A stretch of DNA of 64,000 nt, taken from the NCBI GenBank assembly GCA_964594865.1, contig CAZQMZ010000004.1:8952-72951 (forward strand), given 5' to 3'. Source of the DNA: an uncultured Lachnospiraceae bacterium. GTDB taxonomy: Bacteria; Bacillota; Clostridia; Christensenellales; UBA1242. Positions 40,801-44,343 of this stretch are shown here, in pieces. The translations under genes were made by a program, and so were the position numbers. Numbering within the stretch: position 1 is the stretch's first letter; the number at the start of each line of letters is the position of its first letter. Under the pieces are notes generated by a model. It was given only the letters and a program-made list of their open reading frames with translations, was not told the origin of the DNA and ran no database searches.

Positions 40801-41110
40801 CACTCATCAAATAGATCTGCCAGCTATTGAATGTTTGTGATGAACCATTCACCTGATTGGCAAAATATGCCAAGCCTTTTGCGGTGTATATGTAAACGGT
40901 GGAGCCTACAGAATAATAATCTGCACCTGTGACAGTCAAAGTGTTGTTAGAATCGACATACAATCCATCTCCATTTAAACTTCCTGTCCAAACACTTGCA
41001 TCCGTGCTTGTTGCTTCAACAGAAAGAGAAGAGGCAAAAGTCAGACTTCCAAATGCCCCACAAAAACCAAAAATCATCATAAACAAGAGAGACCAAACTT
41101 TTTTTCTCAT
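22814..41110 (-). CDS. Giant (~6,098 aa) secreted, C-terminally membrane-anchored mosaic surface protein/adhesin (GLUG + InlB-B/Flg_new-like + MBG/YDG-like modules)
   Basis: One uninterrupted 18.3-kb ORF. Start set to the ATG at 41110 behind AGGAG; the track start at 41116 is GTG. It has a signal peptide, GLUG motifs, W-anchored InlB-B-type repeats, YDG/TYG beta-grasp-type repeats, and a terminal TM helix plus RRRKK tail. See sub-features and findings. Confidence 0.9.
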   Translation of the reverse strand: MRKKVWSLLFMMIFGFCGAFGSLTFASSLSVEATSTDASVWTGSLNGDGLYVDSNNTLTVTGADYYSVGSTVYIYTAKGLAYFANQVNGSSQTFNSWQIYLMSDIDWNSESWMPIGGSNGFSGTFNGNGYYVYNLNINQANNGYVGFFGNLGSNATISNLHLRNLNVTASATYVGGLAGAFSTTTNRSGIISNCTVQGEISTESSTYVGGLVGMFRVSSSTNDSQDNLQECMTDVNISATGATAVGGLVGNFQGKIYMCYTSGEIKSSSSSYVGGIVGLASLSGSSSSSNIEFSMTDSYSVCTIQNGADNEPSDGVSIGGLVGSSEVEVEFNHVYFSGTISSWGSYVNIGGLIGETSSNAYIHNSFAISTISTNSGTSVNAGEICGNYGSATLSQTCVYYESTIDNTTTTNLTGLETLARTKDFYTYSGNWGSSGTWNFSSIWKISSSVNDSLPYISISGNADNDSSLLLEGEGTASSPYLIKTAGDLVYVSMLYANSTSLETLYYFSLQNDIDLAGRTWTPIGLSTAFNGVFDGNNHTISGLTCSLQMNYTYYGLFAKTENAVIKNLILSDVRYVGTETGSSTTYFGTIVAAASDYTYIINCRDDSEVVDVGSADGYVKSITVVSTSVYVVYGKNNLTADGEIDENSITVDGSFNTAYDITINGDGGVFYRKSAEDLTLSTSDVYLGEYHVLVNGNGTVLDVSGIDSTFGVTVLPKNLSEGLENYDIVVKEGYMLTGYTYQDESDVDDLSSNLEKAISGLNAVWEETDIIVRVVYNIYEINNFSATSNASASYLDRQVYDSDGNIITGSTFKIDGNKVYIDYFLPYASNISDYGYIFEIPYYYNSSSSLTALREGNFEISGLYEDEYLTSSWSYSGYVTENITGVSSENDEYIAVVYAQWQGTEKDGNYVTINFTTEDGEDFSNIVDTITMKCYVNGTVVEGAGKQWSGSAIENGSIQINYYTLYSATESDYIEFEITLKDGYSFTSSPALTLVSGGDSNFGVCQGSSGVKDYNKTAYASYCHLVGQYSTTIEIERDVYTDNITFSNNVYFGISPIQTFSISSENGVYSSNLEVRAGEGAITWTDILYVLGWVDGNGNAENEYEYVLNLLLESNDCYVAYDFLNHTFIFSVSEYFISGVFNNGLTNVYVRYTLGDQQYNYYLFQCITGTGTTITLTDLGESLDSSTQTQLLELTVSSTDNSTWNGTFTYTSLTSFVMLFSTESESLSFTRSYLNSPTGLDSSSIGTSELTSEYQNKLLMEFAGVYKTTSATGSLSVVTEYTMAMFELSVVDKNGNTIASYSPTAYFSDETSSQSVATGEAGTISFSVEATEYYKFSADSSSEFSFGAGGNIRFSVIGVLNSEGEEDTNYMGTFEDNLDTYITLNNLYYVYPGTSASYLTHYITLNYSNSLANGRYTIIIYCEEIDYSINFSTRYYDYSSLSQENLISQNGTIYNSSSLLEYLNSNSGTGETSDDVTTTVSLVEVSDRDLTEVRYGDTVNLSSSTSDNGYYLLGWFVRSSDDLDGVTPYYRFVSNGEYSFSSLYGVAATAGSGLYTMQFSVDAYAIYVKKQVTVTVDTSSAWIDVDDYNGNGETNRTTASSGLSVSMNAGTYTYSSSTSFQDDTLTMYLSGSYANGYYAVGYRVYSSDGHSEGNVLYESSFANGNEVFANDGTITLSISGWLTEIQEDMEESTILDGVCAGSVYVVPILKQKTITFEFYSGTGSSSDYGDGKGGTVYDAEGNKTTDETYYLEEKLYFNSGLSIELDDIIPEGESESLSNLFTYRTGYYKALYNYWYWNTGNSSGSLTEDTVLSTNVSYFIGDSTNIVVNFYIRWTASTTSITLSNTNATVTGSTITVATFDSSSLSSIISNPSRNGYTFIGWTLTEGGDDILIDDNGVLVENMTGYTNASREWQYDSTETYSYSNTSSLLTLYARWTANTYNITFNANGGTVGDNYNETETYSLTYDQTFATLLNNSGLPTPVREGFVFEGWYLISGQSMVVVSNDTVFNNSLLSFAFGNDVTTPVLTLYAMWSVESEYYSLSLSSNTISGLVYDGTDHTIYLADYFSVDNYSSSGIVVNVSDNTVSFSPTSDTVESNFTLTTIGNAVIDNSFQSFTVRNAGTYSLTFTYTITDTATYMNVGTVFSVSITIYVTVSKASLTLSLEDLSDSVLSSIYVSNIKRIMQPFLDASINSTLSSVNSLEGLYNFAVNTLGEEIISSLSGDELYLATYKYLMTKYYLLMDTNDGDEVRTYKEWTYGDYIEFIEAEENAEIVQEIEENTIFFAYYDFSNSSASVYLDSYYSLGSITGVNSSEIITISNIVISTSLDGISLSARGSYSIRLYLSYSSLLDNYDVSSSGSTYYIIMDGVMGYIFPQILTVENLETYVYYSSDYEDSTRQIAWVGSDQSEIVYGDIYYSVGNSLYVYAELFTSNGGQYGADTVFTFTDFKNYLFFSDVSVLYQYTSNDIVYYSDITNRFKLITSSSFTIKRVDDVALVTLSMKYLTITDSVQTYEDLTSAGINFETVGVQGIYYDLEDDSGEIYLNLSESDLDTVIVGDVTLLQILSQANGQLSLYVNKLVTEVVFNTTKMVGDYIGLYKWIQGEFTETGVDGTMESSANLTLIMLWDDDEDTVERSDTSQYIAVTVEDNGDEMAYVELDAIYTDLVRVNFSYNYPVSYTPVGSIEYTFIKLGETTIDDFTYPSELNFGTAVLTVNGVAFEDLFTGSDGEYVGYYSNIFSPIYADVRWHTELTITLSQFMYYYYNTISSVTQLYYTDIFTLYNTNTTLYEYSFTWYKLNENTDEYELLTSGESYTFANGGMVDDSGSYRIVVTATMKSEYVDCFDDSTVKVVTRNVDFDVEFMRLQITGLEVGDIVSGTYSNSDYIYSWSVEASMQIWDRNSDSYSEEAGTLEINYLENDYATIEIYLNNQLVTSMTDVGEYEIRLIFNSEVFDVSGSLQLSGISYNSQEDYYYFAFTITPLEIDLQDYDLDSSKVFNGVETSLDKTIYITQTYESITIYLTRESGEDVGDYDIFLSSTIAQNSNYIFKYGETTLYDENGLTSAGQTTAVGTFTITASSTLRLSFDEQVVSAAFLTGGYTVKLTNDLELVITGADDSQITLELTLYDLNTGDIIEGETLSILKQHLSEVTAYFFQTEQLSTAVNAGTYTFQFGVGTFSKYYSSVDMQSIYQFVINQIEIDVSNLALSKVYDGTNTDTIDVAEYDGLQIYDGLQIVATYESSHVGTWGVTLRLYASSDSSLNVNNFKLSTSNLTGTITKLSATLTLKVSQDEFTYGTISTANFENYVSIDSVVDGENNDVLSLLTSGYYTMQYSLSLSSPGSVGSNANGFIYAGEYIISGEGSWFNDFEMTIKSAEFEVTALPVTALIPENYVTQIVGSAIASYYTLDQTVTATGDELTIYLQVVDDDGDPLTDGDTTGQYDFALDSTNTNTNNICVSNGSVIVVVPEDNNGFYIVDDTSAILYITLKDEDLLSIVYDGESHTITATLTAGGTPTLSIDNKTVELEFTDQNGSTVNDVSLEAFSVFYGSSTTTFKNAGSYLLSLSASATGYVAVVFITSYYFEIEKATITTSDITFSKTYDATTIMTVSEYSNGSSIGLEDDDVSIYVRFTDANVGTGKTITLSVIGDDAVNYQLDYTTLSTGEITYATATINLSETTFTYGDLIYSNGTLTGIANYITVTSGSSTISTSYYSLQITIYDSSNALPTTSSLGYVYAGTYTIEISNIMSGSNYSITKYEGQITINPYTFNVTFETDGQISVEYGTTLNGTDVPYTATSPLYENVDLTLTRNSSSTEIGYYRITNGEYSSTNYIVTVIDSSDNGAFAITSVQGQILYVLVEGSEDDEFSTMTMEYDGNEYTNIQLMYDNSEGKWQIVLYTADWNSSVSFSLAFYTLSNGVYTAYSSSAVVQGLSATLTFASTGKDVGSYYIYASGASSTTHDVRMGKSGGIYAFVLEITPRNLYFAESTITNAFNNAEAVYQYSASSGVVSGIVDSDVTVEVKFWDGDSLAIYVGTGYTVTAELQGNGTSNYKLNLSTENGGSLSGSITMAMITVVINTQYYTYGSFNIDYITWSYEADFDVEQYISENSSVSISISVLNASYSSSGNLKVGVYELRFTYSASDFLINEYLVDNIRQESPANLVILQKELTYSAADGVTDLQTIFTKKYDGNSDVTGIGLLTVSGILYGDIVSLTGATYSTHLPGTNLVVTFTIDGTDAENYTISPYVLGAILAVEIQVTFDLNAEVGEEVSTGVSNLLSELSYPFTSRSSLTDNSSSSSASFPTSPTREGYRFLYWTMNFESLSATQQTFLDNLISTYSLSVVEGTYNIIVSNNESTVNLIKALLEDENNLFGLYYLEDSNFNDGYLSITFTANWEINSYSLTVSVQDENGTDNSACGTVTVYLVNDDESEEVINLSGNNEFLYGTTFKIVATANDHYSYYGFFNGQTEISNVTVNGNSYVITIILTEDTDISVRFYVQQINIYLDLTDCADADINNSNFTQTSTENIYLWTVNYFDLQNYTLSVLADIKRYGYDFTGIYIGEPLILIDDFASTYFTSLLGNSSTNARYIDITLTPEFEAKEVKVYFNANEGVCETTYITVTFGQSYDNLPVPTREGYEFVYWTFSNGDPVTSVTIVSTEEDHTLVAYWRIRTYTLTIYSPNSTIVSDDLTFTYDEATFTYTATVEYNATVSFTVSANTGYTLLTNWGDFGNYFSAVYQNNDVVVTLTMPASDIEVTVPVSANENSVTISGTNIASVVMYDVTDDGEEEITGTGGVFTVATGKTIKLVITLIDGYVVSSYQYSGSEGLLITEIEDENILTLQISGINQDTSFTVVEEARRNAVTINFSDSSVVSQLIVGGFNQSTTTFEVLTGNTFQFYVSYIYGYEFDNFDAGDTGFTITCELVEEGSWAGYYRFTVTDIKNDGTININSKATMFTITVVVITYGENGERIESSGNTAEILYGDSSYTTLEVAFGEYVELRAIEARGTFSTWSKDGETQWETENPLTYQISQSETIYAIFSEGEYEINLATYIFSQVYNANGDLVDVYTLTEAEILYDDVPVTSITLAYGVNVIVSFVLPEGYIYYGYGYETGEGFEYIEQNTQASTTTVDVTLRSSDMGQISAENIYIVIVSQSVYIQFNTQIDINGTYSQDNSVGSLTLVGSDGSDVNDHGYVVGSTVHYGTWTSSRNFQVIAYTNDVIYIKVSTARDGYVFEKLISNLENVIKIDLVTTGEDFYIYAISGIVGGMTGVEITAIYTPNQNVIEISFVDNGEVVNGGKIDVTYSTTTRQVWTSGDGYSSVTVVAYTDSEFTVTAYVKAGFYGNNATFVDAEGNDLLDVLVFDVSYEDLSITDTGYTGKITFVVKGYLDLQVINIVLTPETYTVELKENGNVLVRIYNVKYNSTLDLSISNSDNIEILDSRISFVNNVLNLVIESSTHYFEGYFTYQNGAGVQYIDSLGQVTGAWLESGYTLDSITGKYVFTENTSGQDGDLTITLYLYQSYLKTRITFDFVPSIITGITAQDMVSGVDSSNSWFYSSSPYYIEVAFNNDIYFVAPEIDGYKFYKFVISQKTITGTWLSDVTSYSNRLLWSTNSYDNIVECVVQVVYFAEVNVYLMGGDATYTITQDVEDSSQARQLLSEGYVDTTTSFTIQAIPGEGYSFSRWVNATTLQTSTNVSQTYTINNRLTLLLYLTGLPVTLDFSSYDSTNGLIVGLQTTTINSATTYYTLGTYSGSSFNKTRTSVDVAVGDTVTISVMIRSGYAVTWKVVSTEGSDLTDNFDIVLNNYSNGLYYFTFTVKPEFSTGSATIEIIPEFNNEILSVYFFQLLDQELSDATDNNNAQAAGYVRYNRSTVTQVDVAREGTIEFSVVENPRYQVSRVYLNSMGQIIDLEYSDGLISLSADFLDSNDIAGTISIYIVFTRLMWEDTEVSDVFQGSGTASDPFRIYTIEDLVLMMKLVNSGEFSSNGLRYRDCAYIVMNNLNLSEKFWTPIGTEENPFGGTFNFNNHSILGISLAQVYSETRYDGLFGVVTSYATITRGESSIWWIFLIIAIVLLLIIVLVVSIWINRRRKKAREELAKR
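22859..22930 (-). other. C-terminal transmembrane anchor of the giant protein
   Basis: IWWIFLIIAIVLLLIIVLVVSIWI followed by NRRRKKAREELAKR-stop. There is no LPXTG-like sortase signal. Confidence 0.8.
28420..34970 (-). other. Array of MBG/YDG-type beta-grasp-like modules in the giant protein (approximate limits)
   Basis: Recurrent xGxY-x-[IL] cores: NAGTYSLTF, DSGSYRIVV, DVGEYEIRL, DVGDYDIFL, NAGTYTFQF, YAGEYIISG, NAGSYLLSL, YAGTYTIEI, DVGSYYIYA, KVGVYELRF. These occur with YDG/TYG motifs: LVYDGTDHT, KVYDGTNTD, KTYDATT, KKYDGNSD, FTYGT, FTYGDL, YTYGSF. Confidence 0.55.
31412..31447. repeat. 18-bp in-frame tandem duplication inside the giant gene
   Basis: AATTTGCAAGCCGTCATA / AATTTGCAAACCGTCATA, with 1 mismatch. 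Encodes YDGLQI-YDGLQI. Confidence 0.9.
35005..35500 (-). other. Two canonical Listeria-Bacteroides (Flg_new / InlB B-type) repeats in the giant protein (approximate limits)
   Basis: NGYTFIGWTL...LTLYARW and REGFVFEGWYL...LTLYAMW. More divergent copies occur upstream and downstream (REGYRFLYWTM at ~28170-28200, REGYEFVYWTF at ~27186-27220). Confidence 0.6.
40049..40594 (-). other. GLUG-motif beta-helix-like region of the giant protein (six motifs)
   Basis: YVGGLAG, YVGGLVG, AVGGLVG, YVGGIVG, SIGGLVG and NIGGLIG at roughly 35-40 aa spacing. Coordinates were checked against the DNA for the first motif. Confidence 0.7.
41033..41110 (-). other. Signal peptide of the giant protein
   Basis: MRKKVWSLLFMMIFGFCGAFGSLTFA: a basic n-region, a hydrophobic core and A-x-A-like ends (TFA/SS, VEA/TS). 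Confidence 0.75.
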
Positions 41111-41144
41111 TCCCACTCCTGTCCAGTGTCTTTTGTATAGTTTG

Positions 41145-41174
41145 ATTGTAGCATTTTTCTCACAAAAAAATCAA
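41145..41174 (-). promoter_or_regulatory. Candidate sigma-A promoter of the giant gene
   Basis: On the minus strand: TTGATT, 18 nt, TGcTACAAT (extended -10, 41153-45). Predicts a leader of about 28 nt ending in AGGAG-N5-ATG. Confidence 0.45.
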
Positions 41175-41284
41175 ACAAAATTGCGCAGTGTTTGCACATT
41201 TATTATATATAATATAATAAAAAATAAACGAAACAAAAATGTTTATAAACCAAGGATTTACTTGTCTGAAGTAGAGAAATCATT

Positions 41285-41332
41285 GAGTTTAAAATAAAAA
41301 AATAAAGAAATGCCGAGTTTAAAATAAAAAAA
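41285..41332. repeat. 18-bp perfect direct repeat, two copies 30 bp apart
   Basis: GAGTTTAAAATAAAAAAA at 41285-41302 and 41315-41332, between the trpS terminator and the giant-gene promoter. Confidence 0.8.
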
Positions 41333-41362
41333 CGCAAAAAATATCAAAAAATTTGCGTTTTA
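41321..41362 (-). terminator. Terminator of trpS
   Basis: Stem AAACGCAA/TTGCGTTT with a long A/T loop, then a T-run on the minus strand. Confidence 0.55.
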
Positions 41363-41402
41363 TTTGAAAAAATATGATTTTTTTTGTTTTTTTCACTTTT
41401 TT

Positions 41403-42467
41403 TTATGAGAATTTTGAATAATTTATTCCCATTGCATCTTTCATTTGTTCAAGCGTTTTGCTGGCAACTTCGCGTGCTTTTTTGCCATTTTCAAAAAGCA
41501 TGTGATAAATTTCATCAACATTTTTTTCGAGTTCTTTGCGCTTTTCACGAATTGGAGCAAGCAGTTCTTGCAAAATATTATTCAAAAACAATTTGATTTT
41601 CACGTCGCCAAGCCCACCTTTGCGATAGTGTGCTTTCAGCTCGTCCAAATTTTTGTATTCCGGCAAATATCTCAAAAAATGTTCGTCACGACAGAAGGCA
41701 TCAAGATATGCAAACACCACATTCCCTTCCACACGACCCGGATCGGACACTTTGATGTGGTTTGGATCGGTATATGCATTCATGATTTTTTGTTTGATCA
41801 CTTCTGGTTCGTCTTTCAAATATATACAGTTGCCGGCAGATTTGCTCATTTTCAAACCACCGTCAGTGCCCACCAAACGCAAGCACGCCTTATTTTCCGG
41901 CAAAAGTGGCTCCGGCATAACAAAAACATCTTTGCCATATGTGCTGTGAAAACTTCTTGCAATCTCGCGTGTTTGTTCAATCATTGGAAGTTGATCTTCG
42001 CCCACCGGCACACACGTGGTGTTGAATGCCAAAATGTCTGCCGCCTGACTGACTGGATAGCACATGAAACCAACAGGAATGGAAGAATTGAATCCGCGCT
42101 GTTTGATTTCGTCTTTCACGGTTGGGTTTCGATTGAGTCTTGCGACTGTGACCAAGTTCATGAAATACATGGTCATCTCAGCAAGCTCTGGCACTTGCGA
42201 CTGAATGAAAATGTTCACTTTTTTAGGATCTATTCCAGCAGAGAGATAATCAATCGCCACTTGAATGATGTTGTTTTTCACTTTGTCGACATTGTTTGCG
42301 TTGTCGGTGAGCGCTTGCGTGTCGGCAATCATAATATAAAATTTTTCATAATCATTTTGTTCTTGAAGTTTAACTCTGTTTGCAATGGAACCAACAAAAT
42401 GTCCAATATGCAAATTTCCGGTCGGTCTATCTCCTGTTAGAATGATTTTTTTTGATTTTTCTTTCAT
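41403..42467 (-). CDS. trpS: Tryptophan--tRNA ligase
   Basis: Class I motifs: GDRPTGNLHIGHFVG (HIGH) and KMSKS. Confidence 0.9.
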   Translation of the reverse strand: MKEKSKKIILTGDRPTGNLHIGHFVGSIANRVKLQEQNDYEKFYIMIADTQALTDNANNVDKVKNNIIQVAIDYLSAGIDPKKVNIFIQSQVPELAEMTMYFMNLVTVARLNRNPTVKDEIKQRGFNSSIPVGFMCYPVSQAADILAFNTTCVPVGEDQLPMIEQTREIARSFHSTYGKDVFVMPEPLLPENKACLRLVGTDGGLKMSKSAGNCIYLKDEPEVIKQKIMNAYTDPNHIKVSDPGRVEGNVVFAYLDAFCRDEHFLRYLPEYKNLDELKAHYRKGGLGDVKIKLFLNNILQELLAPIREKRKELEKNVDEIYHMLFENGKKAREVASKTLEQMKDAMGINYSKFS

Positions 42468-42525
42468 AATTTCCTCATTTTTTGTTTATTTTTTTAAAAA
42501 ATATAAACATTTTCAATTTTTTTTG

Positions 42526-42690
42526 ATATTTTTCTCTTAAAAATAATGGGAAAAATATTTTTTTAATAATTTTTTGAAATATTTTTTCATAAGAAAAAAT
42601 TGATTTTTTAATATTTTTCAATTTTTTTTATAATAAAATAATATTTTTTAATTTTTTTGGACAATTTTTTGATATTTTTTTTAATATTTT
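42526..42690. repeat. Seven copies of ATATTTT(T) at about 30-bp spacing in an almost pure A+T spacer
   Basis: Copies start at 42526, 42555, 42579, 42611, 42641, 42672 and 42684. Spacings are 29, 24, 32, 30, 31 and 12 bp. Confidence 0.6.
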
Positions 42691-44327
42691 ATTGAGAAAT
42701 TTTGCAATCTTTTTATCACTTCATTCTCACCAAGCAAAGTCATGATTTCATATAGATCTGGCGAGTTTTTTCGACCAGTGATTGCCACACGAATAAACTC
42801 GCAAAGTTTTGCCACATTTCCTTCAAATTTTTCTGGATTTTTCTTGTATTCCGCATTGTCGGTTGCATAGCCAAGTTCAGTTGCCATTTTCTTAACATTT
42901 TCAAACCAAACATCTTTTGAAGACAAATCAAGATATTCTTGATAAGTTTTCAGCACTTTTTTGCATTTTTTCTTCTCGTTTGCATCAATCTCAAAAGTTG
43001 AAGGTGCGCCAAACATATAATCAAAAAGGTCAAAGAACATACTCCATTTATATAAATCTTTTCTCGGCTTTGGCTTTTCGCGGTCGATATTCAAAATCTT
43101 TGTGACATAATCTTTTTCCTTGACCAAAAAGTCAACATTCTCCAATGAATAATTTTTTGCCCAATATAGAAGATTTTCATAGCACTGCTCGGCGGAATAA
43201 TAAGAAATTCTCTCTTTTGAAATGTCGTTCAGTTTGGCTATATCAAAAAGTGGTGTGTTTGCTGTTATTTTGAATGCGTTGAAAGGAAATTCCATCAAAT
43301 CAGCTGTTGGATTTTGTCTTCGCCAACCTTCAAAATTGGAATTGATTAAATTCATCAAATATTCCACAAGCGCACCTTTGTCATAACCTTCCTTGTCATA
43401 AAAACGCATATCAGCCTCTGGGTCTTTGCGCTTGGAAAGTTTGTTTTTGTTGCCCTTTTCGTTGAATTTATAGATGAGTGGAGTGTGAATATATTTTGGC
43501 TGAACAAAATTCAATGCTTCAAAAATTTCAGCATGAAGTGGATATGAAGGCAACCACTCTTCGCCACGCACCACCACTGTTGTGCCCATAAGCGTGTCGT
43601 CGACAACATGTGCAAAATGATATGTTGGCATCAAATCGCTTTTTAAGAGAATGGCATCTTTACTGTTTTCAGCAATCTCAATTTCGCCTCTGACACAGTC
43701 TTGGAATTTAATCTTTTTTGTTCCGTCCCCTTCGCTCTTCAATCTGATGGCAAATTTTTTGCCTGCTTTGATGTTTGTTTCAATTTGTTCATAGGTCAAA
43801 TTTCGGCAAGAATCTTTTTCGACGACCATGCCTTTGGCGAACTGTTTTTCTCTTCTTTCTTTGACATCAGAAAGACCTTCCGTCTTGCGACAAAAACATG
43901 GAAAAGCTCGACCTTCTTGCACAAGTTTTTTTGCATACGCTTTATAGATTTCTTTTCGCTCGGTTTGATAATATGGACCATAATTCCCAACAGTGACTCC
44001 GCCTTTGAGTTGATATTCATCTGGTGTCATGCCATAGCCCGTCAAAATGTCCATAATCACAGCACTTGCCCCAACAATTTCGCGTTTTTGGTCGGTGTCT
44101 TCAATGCGAAGATAGAAAATTCCGCCTGATCGCTTTGCGATATTCCAATCAATCAAAGCGGGGAAAAAATTACCCAAATGCATAAAACCTGTTGGACTTG
44201 GCGCAAAACGAGTGACTTGCGCACCAACTTTCAATTTTCTTTTTGGATATTTCTTTTCAATTTCTTCAACAGTAAGTTTGTTGTCTGGGAACAACAATTC
44301 CGCTAATTTTTTGTTATCCATATTCAT
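42681..44327 (-). CDS. gltX: Glutamate--tRNA ligase (long form)
   Basis: RFAPSPTGFMHLGN (HIGH-type) and KLSKRK (KMSKS-type). The track start at 44351 is GTG. The first ATGs are at 44327 and 44321, after GGAG; the exact start is uncertain. Confidence 0.85.
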   Translation of the reverse strand: MNMDNKKLAELLFPDNKLTVEEIEKKYPKRKLKVGAQVTRFAPSPTGFMHLGNFFPALIDWNIAKRSGGIFYLRIEDTDQKREIVGASAVIMDILTGYGMTPDEYQLKGGVTVGNYGPYYQTERKEIYKAYAKKLVQEGRAFPCFCRKTEGLSDVKERREKQFAKGMVVEKDSCRNLTYEQIETNIKAGKKFAIRLKSEGDGTKKIKFQDCVRGEIEIAENSKDAILLKSDLMPTYHFAHVVDDTLMGTTVVVRGEEWLPSYPLHAEIFEALNFVQPKYIHTPLIYKFNEKGNKNKLSKRKDPEADMRFYDKEGYDKGALVEYLMNLINSNFEGWRRQNPTADLMEFPFNAFKITANTPLFDIAKLNDISKERISYYSAEQCYENLLYWAKNYSLENVDFLVKEKDYVTKILNIDREKPKPRKDLYKWSMFFDLFDYMFGAPSTFEIDANEKKKCKKVLKTYQEYLDLSSKDVWFENVKKMATELGYATDNAEYKKNPEKFEGNVAKLCEFIRVAITGRKNSPDLYEIMTLLGENEVIKRLQNFSIKY

Positions 44328-44343
44328 CTCCGTTTCATATTTT

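Noticed and set aside
41445-42440. A 331-aa ORF fully antisense to trpS. It raised the idea of a real bidirectionally coded gene (Rodin-Ohno-style class I/class II antisense coding).
   Set aside because: It is exactly codon-aligned with trpS, so its openness follows from the absence of TTA, CTA and TCA sense codons. It has no SD or promoter. Its translation is F/C/H/I-rich nonsense. The same artefact recurs opposite many other genes in the window. The codon bias itself is kept as a finding.
42468-42680. The periodic repeats in the gltX-trpS spacer were considered as a CRISPR-like array, an origin or DNA-unwinding element, or a T-box leader.
   Set aside because: The repeat units are 7-15 bp A/T motifs without unique spacers. 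There are no DnaA boxes and no conserved T-box elements. It is reported only as probable curved promoter DNA.
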